From: Phoronis australis
Lineage: Eukaryota; Animalia; Phoronida
NCBI GenBank assembly: GCA_002633005.1
Contig: NMRA01000005.1
Location: forward strand, 89,842-153,841
DNA: 64,000 nt
Direction: 5' to 3'
The position numbers and the translations under genes were made by a program. The notes beneath the pieces are model-generated. The model was not told the DNA's origin. It saw only the letters and a program-made list of their open reading frames with translations, and did not search any database. This document shows, piece by piece, positions 52,908 to 64,000 of this stretch. How positions within the stretch are numbered: the first letter of the stretch is position 1; the number at the start of each line of letters is the position of its first letter.

Positions 52908-55900
52908 AACGAATGATTGATTTTTCATTTGCAGAAATATACGTCTACATGCGAATGAATGAACAATAACGCGTTCACTGGCCTTACGGTACTTAATTGC
53001 TGAGCTCATGCGAAGGCCCATGTTAAAGATCGTGCAAAATCGTAGCTAAGATAGTCGTACGCACGTTATAGTTGCGAAAGCGAGGCTGCGTTCTTTCCTC
53101 GAAGCGGAACGTACGTTGCAACTGTCGTGAAACTGACAACTTTTCATATTCTGCAGACGTAACGACCGCCTTCACCTAACATGTTAATGAGCTGTCGTAC
53201 AACTTATAATAGAAGTCACGACTGTCTTACCTACGACAGGACTTACGACCTCTGTTAAACGGCACCCAAATTCGAAGTTTGTCAGATGACGAGAGCATAT
53301 TACGTCTCTCGCCTATAGCCCGCTTTCAACACCTATTTTCGCTCATCATATTATCATTTACATTCACGGATAGTATACCTGGGCGACAAAGAAACACACT
53401 GGAATTCTGCATATAGCATAAACCTGCAAACAAACCACTCGACGCTAGTAATAAAACAGAAGTGTCTCATGAACACCAGATTCAAGCAACACTAGTCGAC
53501 TCGACTTTTATACTTACACGGGTTGCTTAGTGATTTCAGAAGCAATTTCTATTGTGCAAATAGTTATCGTGCTAAATATGCAGTTAACCGATAATATAAC
53601 AACAATTACATTGAAATTTCTATTTGCTGTAACATTCGCATATCAAAACAAACCTCACAACTCGAATAAAAGTCCATTCACGTGTTTTGAAATGGAACGA
53701 CATGAAAATATTATTGTTATATAGTAGTTGTGCATGTATAGCTTTTGACTGGGAAATTCAATGAAATCAGCACGTGACCCGAAATTTAACCAAGTGCGAT
53801 TAAGTTCTCCGCCATAACTCGATCAAGAAGATCTAGCGCTCTGTACCGATAAAGGATATCACAAAGAGACGCACTCCCGACCACGGTCTACAAGAACAAC
53901 TTTTCACCAAACCGCAGCCAGAATAAGGGCTGCGAGCGGCCAACCCTGGCCCGTGACACAACCTTCTTTTTTTCTTCTTCTTCCGACTGATACGTCTAAT
54001 CCCAACTTGTTGGAGGCACTAGTGGACGGGCCGGTGTCGGTCCCACTTTCAAAAGTCATAAAAGTGCGATTATTATAAACAAGAAGATGGCGTACAGTGC
54101 ATGGGAGATGTTCAATGCCTCGATGTTGCTCAGTTCATTTCACTGCGAATTGAGTGATCGGGGAGAAGCTGAGCAAATGTAAATTGGGTCTCTGAGTATG
54201 AGTTTTGTGATATGACTGGTGACAGTGACGTGTCTGGAAGCGTTTTATTGCAAAAATATGCATGAGAGAGAGGTAGCTACTGTAGGATGGGCCTACTTCC
54301 ATTATCCCGTTAATTAAATTGTAAAAATAGAGTGAGCCTTCTGTTCCATCACCTAGTCTGGAAGGTGTCCCAAGACAGCTCTTCGATCAAAGAGTGGGTG
54401 ACAGGCCATAACGTACACTTCTACTCTGAACAAAATCAATTTTGCCAGCATTACGAGCTGTGTTGGGGATCTAAACGCTTTAGTTAACAAATGGGTTGAC
54501 CGTGGACTCATCTGCCAGCCAAGTTCAAAATCGATAAAAACAAAGATGTCTACACGGATTTTTTAGGACTGTACGTACGCTTTTTGAAATAATTCACTTG
54601 GCGAAGTTTTTTTTTGTTGAAAAATTAGATCCCCGTGTAAAAGTATATCAATAATTTTGTGCCCGAAAATTCTTGCAAGGTTGTCAAAAATTATTTGTTT
54701 ATTGCGAGAAGGCAATCAAGTAGACCTGCGTCCCTCCTCATGCAGCAATACAGGCAGTTTATTTACAGTAATGTGTCAGATAAAATGCAAACAATTATTA
54801 CAACAGCATGATCTTTGTCACCGCTACAAATCGCTTGCAACAAAAATAAGCTGAACCTTTGAATAACTGGTGACATTTCATTTGAAAGGATCGACTTAAA
54901 AATGCTGTGTTCCTGCTTTCAGTCTGCAATGTAAAAATTAGTCTAATACACGCGATGCTCATGAACTAAGATACCAAACCCGGTTTTGGCCTATTTACAA
55001 CTGCGTCTCAATAGTAACGCTCTATGGCCCACCACAACCCTTAAAAACTGAAGCTAATTTTGAAAATTCTTTACAAAGTCTGCTAAACGGGCAACCGTGA
55101 CTAACGCTTTAGGCGAATAACACAACAACTTTAGGCGAAGACCATCCTTTAAGAACCACGATATCCATTCTGCTTTTATCACTCAAGTGAGACGTCCATG
55201 GTGCAGCAGCAAGGGACAGAGCGGGGATTGGTTGAAATTACCAAAAACAGGATTTAGCCTCCTTTTAAAATTGCCCAACGCTCCGCCCTTGTGTGGACAA
55301 CAGTGTATCTACCTCACTCTGTTTCAAGACGAAGTATAGAGGAACAGGACAAAGAGGGTCCTGAGATGTTCAATCCACAGTGATACAGTTTCCCACAAGT
55401 ATTTTTTCAGAGTCAGTATTTCTACAAATTCAATGAAGAAATCGAGCTTGTTATTGCAACGTATGATTTCGTACCATCCCTGTGCTCCCCATTCCTTTAT
55501 TCTCTGTATAATTTGGCACACAGCATTTTAACAAATCTAACCCAGATCATGTTAATAAACGTTTAACCTTTGAACACTTTGCATTGCGCCCTGACTCATC
55601 AATCTGATGCAAGAAATGGAGCACACTAATCTTCAAAAAATACCATGACTACGTTCCAGGGGGCCGTTCCCCAATGTCTTTCCGAACGAGAATACAATTT
55701 TCTACAAGACATGAATGTTGCCGGTTTTTACCAGGAAAAGAAGCCGCAGAAACTTCAACTGATCATAGATAATTTTGACTCTCTCGCGCATGAATGTTCA
55801 GCCTCGCGAAAAAAAAAACAAAGGAAATTCAACGTTTTTAAAGTAAGAGCAGCAACAAACCAAAATGACGTTTTCGAAGCTTGAAATTGCGGTGCCGAAA

Positions 55901-58900
55901 AATCGGTCTTCGTGACCTATAATCTGTCCGTCGTTGTCAAACATAAACTCCATAAACAGTGAATGAAAGCCAACATGATATCAAAGATGACCGATCCGAG
56001 TTGACTTCCTGTGATAAATTAAACCTATGTAGAGTCATTAGAAATACACATTTTAGTAATTACTTGAACATAGTTTAGACATTAGGGACTATATTAATGA
56101 TATTTGTGATAGAAACACTCAGTGGTGTTTCCTTGCCAAACGAACATCAACAGAGGTGACTTGAACCTAACTATTTCGGGTCATTCGGGAACCTGTCAGA
56201 TTTGGCGTTTGACAGCAAATGCCTACTAGCTCCACAGTTTTCAGCAGATTTTCACCTAAATCAATACCATGACAGAAATTTTGAGCACATTTTAGACTAA
56301 TCTGCCTGAAAACGAGCCTATAATCCTCTTGCGAACAAACTCTGTCTCCGGACAATTAGTTGTAAACGGAAGCGCCCTGATTTGGAGCGAACTCTAATAA
56401 CAGTAAACGGAAAGTGCTGGGAGTAGCGAAACTTAATGAAACACTTTGAAGTGAGGTCAAAAACGAAACCAAGACCAGTTGAAACCATAACCCCACACCT
56501 GTGGCACCAACTTCAAAACAATTAACAAAGTTGCATTGAGGATTCAGTCCATTAAGGACACTGATCCAATCAGAAAATCTAGAATTACTTGAGATTGGTA
56601 AGTGGTAACGAGAATTAAACTATCTTGCGAAATTCGTCAGGCTTTCGTATGGATGCCCTAGATGAGAGTTTTTGTAAAATTCTTAGACGAGACCACCTGC
56701 TGGACTACCAAATTAAAGAGCGGTGTGCAAAATCTGGACTTGAGTACCGGGTACCTTAAAAAACGAACGGAATGTTCAAAGAATTATTCGCATGTAATTC
56801 TTAGCCGTTCGTATGGTATTGTGTCCGAGGGTTTACCGTTATATAACTGGGATGTACTTTACGTGAACGCAAGACATTTGCGATGCACGAACGGTATGGG
56901 AACAATGAATTGTATCCCATAGTTCAACAGTTCAATCTCACCAACCAATCACTTCATTGGGCGCTATTTTGCTACGACACGTAAATTACTTGAAGGTAAC
57001 GTACCGAGCAGCTTTCGTAACACTTGCCTTTCACTCGAGTGACTTTCCGTGGTCTTGTGGGACCTTGCTTTTCTCGAGTTTTTAAGTCTACGCAACGCAC
57101 CTGTGGTATCAAACTGTTCTAACAAGAACCTCATGGACGTATTAATATTCTAGGTATGTTTTTGGCCAAACTTGCCCTTTTCCTCCCGTCTTCAGCCCGT
57201 TTCATCGATGTTAAGACGGGATCTGACGACTTTAGCATGACAGGCCTTAAAAATTGTTAATGGCTTCCATTTCTGAAATTATTTCACCCAATGCCAAGGA
57301 AGGTTTCATTTTAAGACTCTCAAACAAAAATTTGTATACCTGTCTAGAAAAAGCCCGTGAACAGCAAGGGTAATTTTAATGTTTTGGTTTATGTTCGCGC
57401 CGGCAAAAACAATGGCACCATGTCCGAAGGTTCTATAGTTAGAAGGTTCGAAAGAATCAAACTACTGATTGCTTACGTTTATAAGTTCATTTAATTAAAA
57501 TAATTTAACGTAATTTGAACGTAACCCAGAGAGATGTTCTGTGGCAAGTTAAACGAAGTGCAAAACATAAAATGGGCTGAAAATGAGGATACTGAAGTCC
57601 TTGTAGTCTTTAACTAAGCTTTTTGACAGATGGTGGGTTTCTAGCAGCTTTCGAAAAAAAAGAGGTATATTGTCCATTTAAAGCTGATGTGAGATCTATC
57701 TTGAATGAATTAAATTACTTTTGTCCATTGAACCTTGGGGCTGCTATACTCTGCCGACTGGATCATTGCACAAGCAACCCTCCAGTAGATATTTTGCCAA
57801 ATATAAGCGATTATTTGCAAATTTTCAGGTTTCTTGCCTGACCCTATAATCATTAAATGCATGACGCGATATTTTTACATCTGCGAATGACGTGTTAGCG
57901 CACAGTATATAAACGACTGCTTCTAACAGGGAGTGGGAAATCTCCTTCGCTGTTTCTGTAGCTCACTTCTGAGGTAAGTATTATCTGGCCTGCCAATTAC
58001 ACAGTGTGTGTTCTTGTGCTGCGCACTTGGCTTCGTCATAAGTAATAGACTCACGAACTCGTTATGAGTATAAGTTTTCTACAGCGAAGGGTGATAGTAC
58101 CTGGCTACAGTTGAGTCAAAATCGTTCGCATACGTTCAGTGGACACGCAGTAGCTAGGTTTAGTATTCTTCTTCTTGTTCTTCTTCAGCGTTCCCGGCCA
58201 TGTAGCTTAGATAGTCAGTCTGGTCTTCTGGACGAAGTCTGCATTTCGCCGAAGGGCAGATCTGCAGTAAATAATCAGGTGTCTGGGGGCCAGTGCCACA
58301 GGAACACTCCTCTTTGTGAGAGATTTTCAGGCGATGCATGTGGGAGAGCAGCTGGCAGTGGCCGGTTCTTAGCCTGAAGATAGTGACTTGTTCTTGCCGG
58401 TGAAGCCGGCGGATATAGTCTTTTTCAGTCCCCAGACGTAGGCGTCCCCTCCAGACATTTCTAAAGTGACTTCGGAGGAGGGTTTTTACTTCTTCATATG
58501 ATGTACAGCAATAAGAATCTGTCTTCTGCGTACTCTAGGAGATTTCCCTGGTCATATTTACAAATATGAAATTCGAGTGTCACTTTTTCCTCTTTTTGTT
58601 GGCATGTATGTATTGTTTAATTTATTGTTGGTTATCGATGAACACTACACACATGTCAATTACTGTTGGTGTTGACGATTTTTAGTACATTCCTTGAAGC
58701 ACTGAGTTAACCACACAACTGTGAAATAACGATGCAGACTCGTAAGAAAACCTTTTTCAAACCGCACATATTTCATATACCCAGGTTTCAAAACGCCACT
58801 CGCCAGCTGGGCGAGTGAGCTAGAAAATCCACTCTCCCAGCCCGAAGTTCAGTTGCCCGGCCGTTTCGCGTAGATCACCACAAATACACTGTACGCTGCC

Positions 58901-59119
58901 AACATCAATAAACGTAATTGTTTCGTGCATTGATGTCACCATCTATTAGGGCTAGTACCATTTTTACAAAATGCAGAATTTCAACCGAAAGACTTTCGAC
59001 GGGACTTCCGGTCATGGAAAACTAGCGTTCAGTTGACTGAACAGTGCTCTCCGTATTTTTTCAATATTTTATAGCGTCTCCTGTAGTTTAAACGTGTCTC
59101 CTGTCAATATGAGTGATAA

Positions 59120-59290
59120 GCCAGCACCAAATTCACAGAAAAAGAGACAAGCCAGGGCAAAACTATTGAAAGCGGTAAGGGATCATGGTAACAGGGGAAG
59201 AGTGAAAGGCTATTGGACCCACGATGGGAAGATATACTTGTACCTGAAAGACTGCTCGGATAAAGTACCGATCTCGTATCGTTCCAGATT
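59120..59290 (+). mobile_element. LINE ORF1 C-terminal fragment
   Basis: RQARAKLLKAVR..GRVKGYWTHDGKIYLY resembles the WT.DGKI motif at the end of many non-LTR ORF1 proteins. Confidence 0.55.
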
Positions 59291-60813
59291 TTCTGAGAAC
59301 CGTTCCTTTATTAATTGGTACTTCCTTGTATTTTGTAGATAGATTCTCGTTTTAAGGTTATCTCTTAGTTAGTGGCCCCCATTCTAACTCGTATATCAAA
59401 ACACTAGGCTTTGTCAACTAGTAAAAGACCACGGAACATTACATGTTTTGTATTTATGTACCATTATTATTATTACGTTAACACCTTTTTAAGTCAAAAT
59501 TTCATTTTCAAGAAATGTACATTCATAGCAAAATAACCCCTCGGTCGATTTTAATGAAACATTGAAAACTTCACCAGTTACCTCAAAAACTCTGTTAGGA
59601 ATTTTCGATTAGAAAGCAAAACGTAAGGAATAGAAGTTATTCTCGTCTTTGTTACGTTACGTAAAAACGAGGCCTTTTTATCAAAAATTCTAACATGTTT
59701 TTGAGATTGATGAATAAGTATTAGGTTTGCAAAGTTTCAGCGAATTCCACCAAGCGGCTTTCGAGAACTCGTGTTCCTAAGTTCAATTTAAGTAGATTTG
59801 CCGAAGTCGAGAAAAAGCCAATTAAACTGGGACGAGTGAAAATCTCAAATACGTCGGTTTGTTATTCGGGGAAAACTTGTTTTCGGTAAATATAACCTGT
59901 ACATGCCTTAACCATGTTAGCTATTTCAACATTCACTCGCAATGTCAATTGAATTTGCAGTGCGCAATTAACTTAATTATCATTAAAACGTACCGTCCCC
60001 AGCCACGAGGTGGGACAAATTGTTACTGTTCATTGTTATTAACATAGTCTGTACAAATCACGTGCCAGGAGACTGACACGAAACCAAGTAAGGAATGGAA
60101 AACAAAAATGGAATCGGTGCCGGTTAAAGTGTGTCATTAGCATGAGATCGAAACTGCAAAATGTCAATTTACTTGTTGAATTAAGGAATTCGGGTGGGGA
60201 TTTATCTCTTTTCACAACTTGCTGTGTTCATGACCACAGAGGCGCGTGAGGCGACTTGTAGCATTCGTTCTCTGCGGCCGTATGTATGTAGACGCATAAC
60301 TCCCTCAGGATTAAAAAGTTCGTTTTGTCTTTGTTTTCTCCGGCACCGTTCTATAAGTATACACCTCGTGGACTCTATTATGGCGACTCGGTGAATGAAA
60401 GGACGGAGGGTACATACGAAGCTGCTCTGTACCTGGCGAGAGATTCGAATTGAGTGACCGCCCTGTAATCTTTGACCTCGGATACGTAGTAAACAAATAT
60501 TCGCGCGGTTGTGCGGTTTCAAGGTGGTTCTATCAAATCTTTTTTTTTCTCGCTACACGGTATATATTTTGTATTTGAAGTTGGATATACCCTTGTGCCA
60601 TGATGAACTGGAAGGAGGGCACAGTTCATTAGTCAGCTTATTTGTCCATGTTGTACTCTGTTTTGTTTATTAATTATTTTTTTATTTATGTTTTGATTGT
60701 GAGTGTGTTTGTGTATACCCGGTCCTACCTGCCCACCTTGTAAGTTCTTGCAATACTTTATGTAATCTCAAGACTTCTATTGTAAAAGTAGAAAGTAGTT
60801 TTTATTTCCTAAT

Positions 60814-63290
60814 ATGATCTAAATTATTATCTTTTCAGTTAATTGTCAAGGTTCGGTAACCCGAGAAAAAGAAGATATGTCTTTAATTACATACGAAATA
60901 AAGCATTTAATATATATTATTTACAAGACTTTACTGGAGATTTGGAGCCGTACATTGAATCTCAGTGGGATTACATTTGTTATTTTAAGCTCTTAAAGGA
61001 GCAATTTAAGAGGAGCAGATATTCTATTTAATAATAACTTTGACTTTACTGTTTAAATGTGAGAAAGGATCCTTTGGGAAATTATATTATAATAGAATTA
61101 ATTATGCAGGGAGATAGAATCATTCTTGTAAATTTGTACGGTCCAAATACTGATTACCCGAACTTTAACATATTTTCAATAATTGAAGAAATTGATGTTC
61201 ATAAGTTTATTTTATGTGGAGACTTTAATTAAGTTCTGAGTCAAGAATTGGATACTTGCAATCATAGATTTTGTAATAATCCAAACGCTACAAAAGTTCT
61301 AAAGGGAATTATGAGCACTTTTGATGTCTGTGATCCCTTTCGAGAATTTTTTTCTTCAAAGAGAAGATTCACTTGGCGAAGAAAAAATCCAGTTAAGCAG
61401 TCTAGACTTGACTTTTTCTGATTTCCAATACTTTGATTCATTGTGTCCAAAGAATTTCTATAACTCCAAGTTACAGATCAGATCATTTTGGGGGTCTTGT
61501 TCCCGTATACCATTTAGACAAAATTCAAAATATTTCTTTCAACTATTTTGGATGTACCACTATTGGAAATAAGAAAAAAATACTATTTTTACTCAATTCA
61601 AAAAAAAGAAAAAATAGATAGTCAAAAGAATAAGTTAGATAAAGAAATAGAGAATTTGGAACAATGTGTTGATGATAGAACGTTTGAAGGTTTAGAAAGG
61701 AAAGAGAGTGCTCTTCTAGAGATAAGGTCAGAAAAATTAAATGGATATTACGTCAGATCCAGGGCAAAATGGAGTAGAGGAGGGGGAAAGCCCAACAAAA
61801 TATTTTTTAGTTTAGAATCGAGACATTTTTTTAACAAACTTGTGTATGAAATAGAATTGGAAAATAGAGAAATAATTACAAATCAAGAAGATACCAGACG
61901 TGGCCGCGAATTGAAACGAAAAGGCTTATTCTGATAACAATTTTTTTGAAAAAAGTGAAATAAAGAACCTTATTGTATCAAATAAGCTTCCCGATAACTT
62001 TGCTATGGAGCTTGAGGGGCACATAAAATATGAAGAACTATGGTCTGTATAAAAAAGTTTAAAAAATAAAAAATGGTTTCACAAATGAATTTTCAAGTTT
62101 TTCTGGAAAGATTTAGACTATTTTGTTTTAAGACACATCAAGGAAAGCTATGAAAATTTGAAATGTCATACTAGCAAAAAACGGGGGTTGTAACTTTAAT
62201 TCCAAAGCCAGATAAGGCTAAAAAAATTGTTAAGAACTGGAGACCAATAACTTTGCTCAACAGTGTTTACAAGTTGACATCCGGATGTATTGCTAGACAA
62301 ATGAAAAAGGTACTTGGATATATAATTTTCCCGGCTCAGACGGGATTTATAAAAAGGAGATGTATGATTGACCTATGATATGAATTTCTGTGAAAAAAAT
62401 GGTATACCGGGGCTGTTGTTGCAAATAGATTTTGAAAAAAGCTTTCGATAACTTGTCATGGAACTTCATAAAAACATTTTGGATATCTTTAATTTCAAGG
62501 CCTCAATTAAGGGTTGGATTAAAACCTTTTATAACTGTCCCGTGCCATACATTGTTCAAAATGTTTTTTTGTCCTTAAGTTTTACTCTGAACAGTGACTG
62601 TAGAAATGGTGATCTTCTTTTTCTATATGCTTTCCTTTTATGTGCTGAAATATTAGCTATGATGATGAAACAATATAAAGAAATTAAAGGCATTCAAATA
62701 GGAAATGATGAATTATACTAACTCAGAATGCTGATGACACAATTTTTTCTTGGATGGTTCTCGGCGTAATTTGGAAGCTACTATGGAAGTTTTGAGTAAA
62801 TATGCAGAAACGTCTGGCTTGAGAGTAAATTATTCCAAAACATATGTTAGTTGGATGGGCAGTAAAAAATTTTGTAAAGATGTTTTCCATCATGCAAGAT
62901 GAAAGTTAGAATGGGGCATAACGGAATTTATGATGCTAGTTATCAATTTCAGCGTTAACCTAGAAAAATGATTTAATTCAACTACAGTGAGAGGATGGAT
63001 GAAATCAATAATCTTATAAAAATTTGGTCTGGAAGAAAATTCTCTTTTTAGGAAAGTTACGGTGGTAAAGACCTTGATGGTGCCAAAATTATTCACATAA
63101 TGGCACCTCTGCCTACTCCATCTGACATTATTATGATTGAATTGAACGCAAACACTTTTAAGTTTATTTGGAATAACAAAATTGAGAGAGTGAAGATGTA
63201 TTAATTAGAATGTATGGAGAAGGGGCAGTGAAAATGATGAATATATATTTTTTTAAAAAGGCTATTAAATTTCATGGATAAAAAGACTGG
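60814..63290 (+). mobile_element. Decayed L1/Tx1-clade retrotransposon ORF2 (endonuclease + RT)
   Basis: Ordered motifs over many frameshifts and stops: SVNCQG..NPRKRR.VF, NLYGPN, CGDFN, FTWRRKNPVKQSRLDFFLIS, YRSDH, RSRAKW, KNWRPITLLNSVYK, QTGFIK, IDFEK, CRNGD, QNADDT, SWIKRL. Confidence 0.9.
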
Positions 63291-63291
63291 T

Positions 63292-64000
63292 AGAGGTGAG
63301 ATGGGTCGTTACTCCTTGATTGCTTACCGACTTCCTAGAATTATGAAATATTGGTTAAAACTATTAAAAACCGATGAGTCAAAAATTACATATCATTGCT
63401 ATGAATGGCAGTACAATATGACGGAAAATGTTAATAAACCGTGCTGGGTTAATGATGTTAAGAAATTGTTATTTCAGTTTGGTTTTGGAGAAGCATGGTA
63501 TAATCAGGGTGTAGGTTCCGAGACAAGCTTCATATCACTTTTTAAACAAAGATGCAAAGATATTGATCAGCAAAAATGGCAAGATATTTTGAACAATTCG
63601 ATTAAGCTGGAAACTTACAGAACTTTTAAGTTAAATATATGTTTTGAAAACTATTTAGATGTAATTGACAATGTAAATGTTAGATCTGATATGGTGAGAT
63701 TGAGATGTTCAGCGCATGCACTAATGATTGAAAAGGGTAGACACTTGAAACTTAACAGAACAGAAAGGTTATGCCCTCTCTGTGTTAGGACATATGTCGA
63801 GTCGGAATATCATTTTGTTATCGAATGCCCATTCTACGATGACCTTAGGAAACGATATTTGCCTGCATGGAGCTACAACAATCCCAATGTTACAAAATTC
63901 AACAGACTCATGACTATGGAGGAAAAAGATCTTATATGGTCAACATGTAAATATGTTCATTTCGCATTCAAGCGAAGAAGAATTCGGTTTACTTCTAGTG
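63292..64000 (+). mobile_element. 5'-truncated RTE-X-like LINE, ORF2 C-terminal part, open to window end
   Basis: Stop-free frame RGEMGRY..MKYWLKLL..W...VK..L...GF..AW..Q..KLETYRTFK...FENYL..RLRCSAH.LMIEKGRH..ERLCPLC...VESEYHFVIECPFYDDLR with the C-terminal Cys/His finger. Confidence 0.85.

Overview
AT-rich animal genomic DNA with spliceosomal introns and many transposon relics, most consistent with a marine invertebrate (organism not determinable from sequence alone). Most short ORFs in the track are spurious. Three host genes are supported: (1) the last three coding exons of ACADSB (+, 878-2765); (2) a single-coding-exon 934-aa LRR + LRRCT + Ig + transmembrane receptor with no TIR domain (+, 26495-29299); (3) a complete 8-exon CABCOCO1/C10orf107-like (CLAMP family) ciliary gene (-, 39467-51281, 314 aa), with a probable second upstream promoter and alternative N-terminus (52321-52832), each start preceded by an RFX X-box-like half site. 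The rest is mobile-element debris: a TTAA-flanked Kolobok-type element with a THAP relic, a Helentron-like element carrying nine CTCF-like motifs in a higher-order repeat, a putative AcademH remnant, a CACTA/EnSpm-type element with nested MITEs, 5-bp-TSD MITEs and several LINE fragments, including an open RTE-X 3' end inserted in a decayed L1/Tx1. I found no clearly new biological system; the best leads are the CTCF-like array, the dual N-termini of the ciliary gene and the atypical LRR-Ig receptor. Family assignments come from recalled motifs, not database searches.
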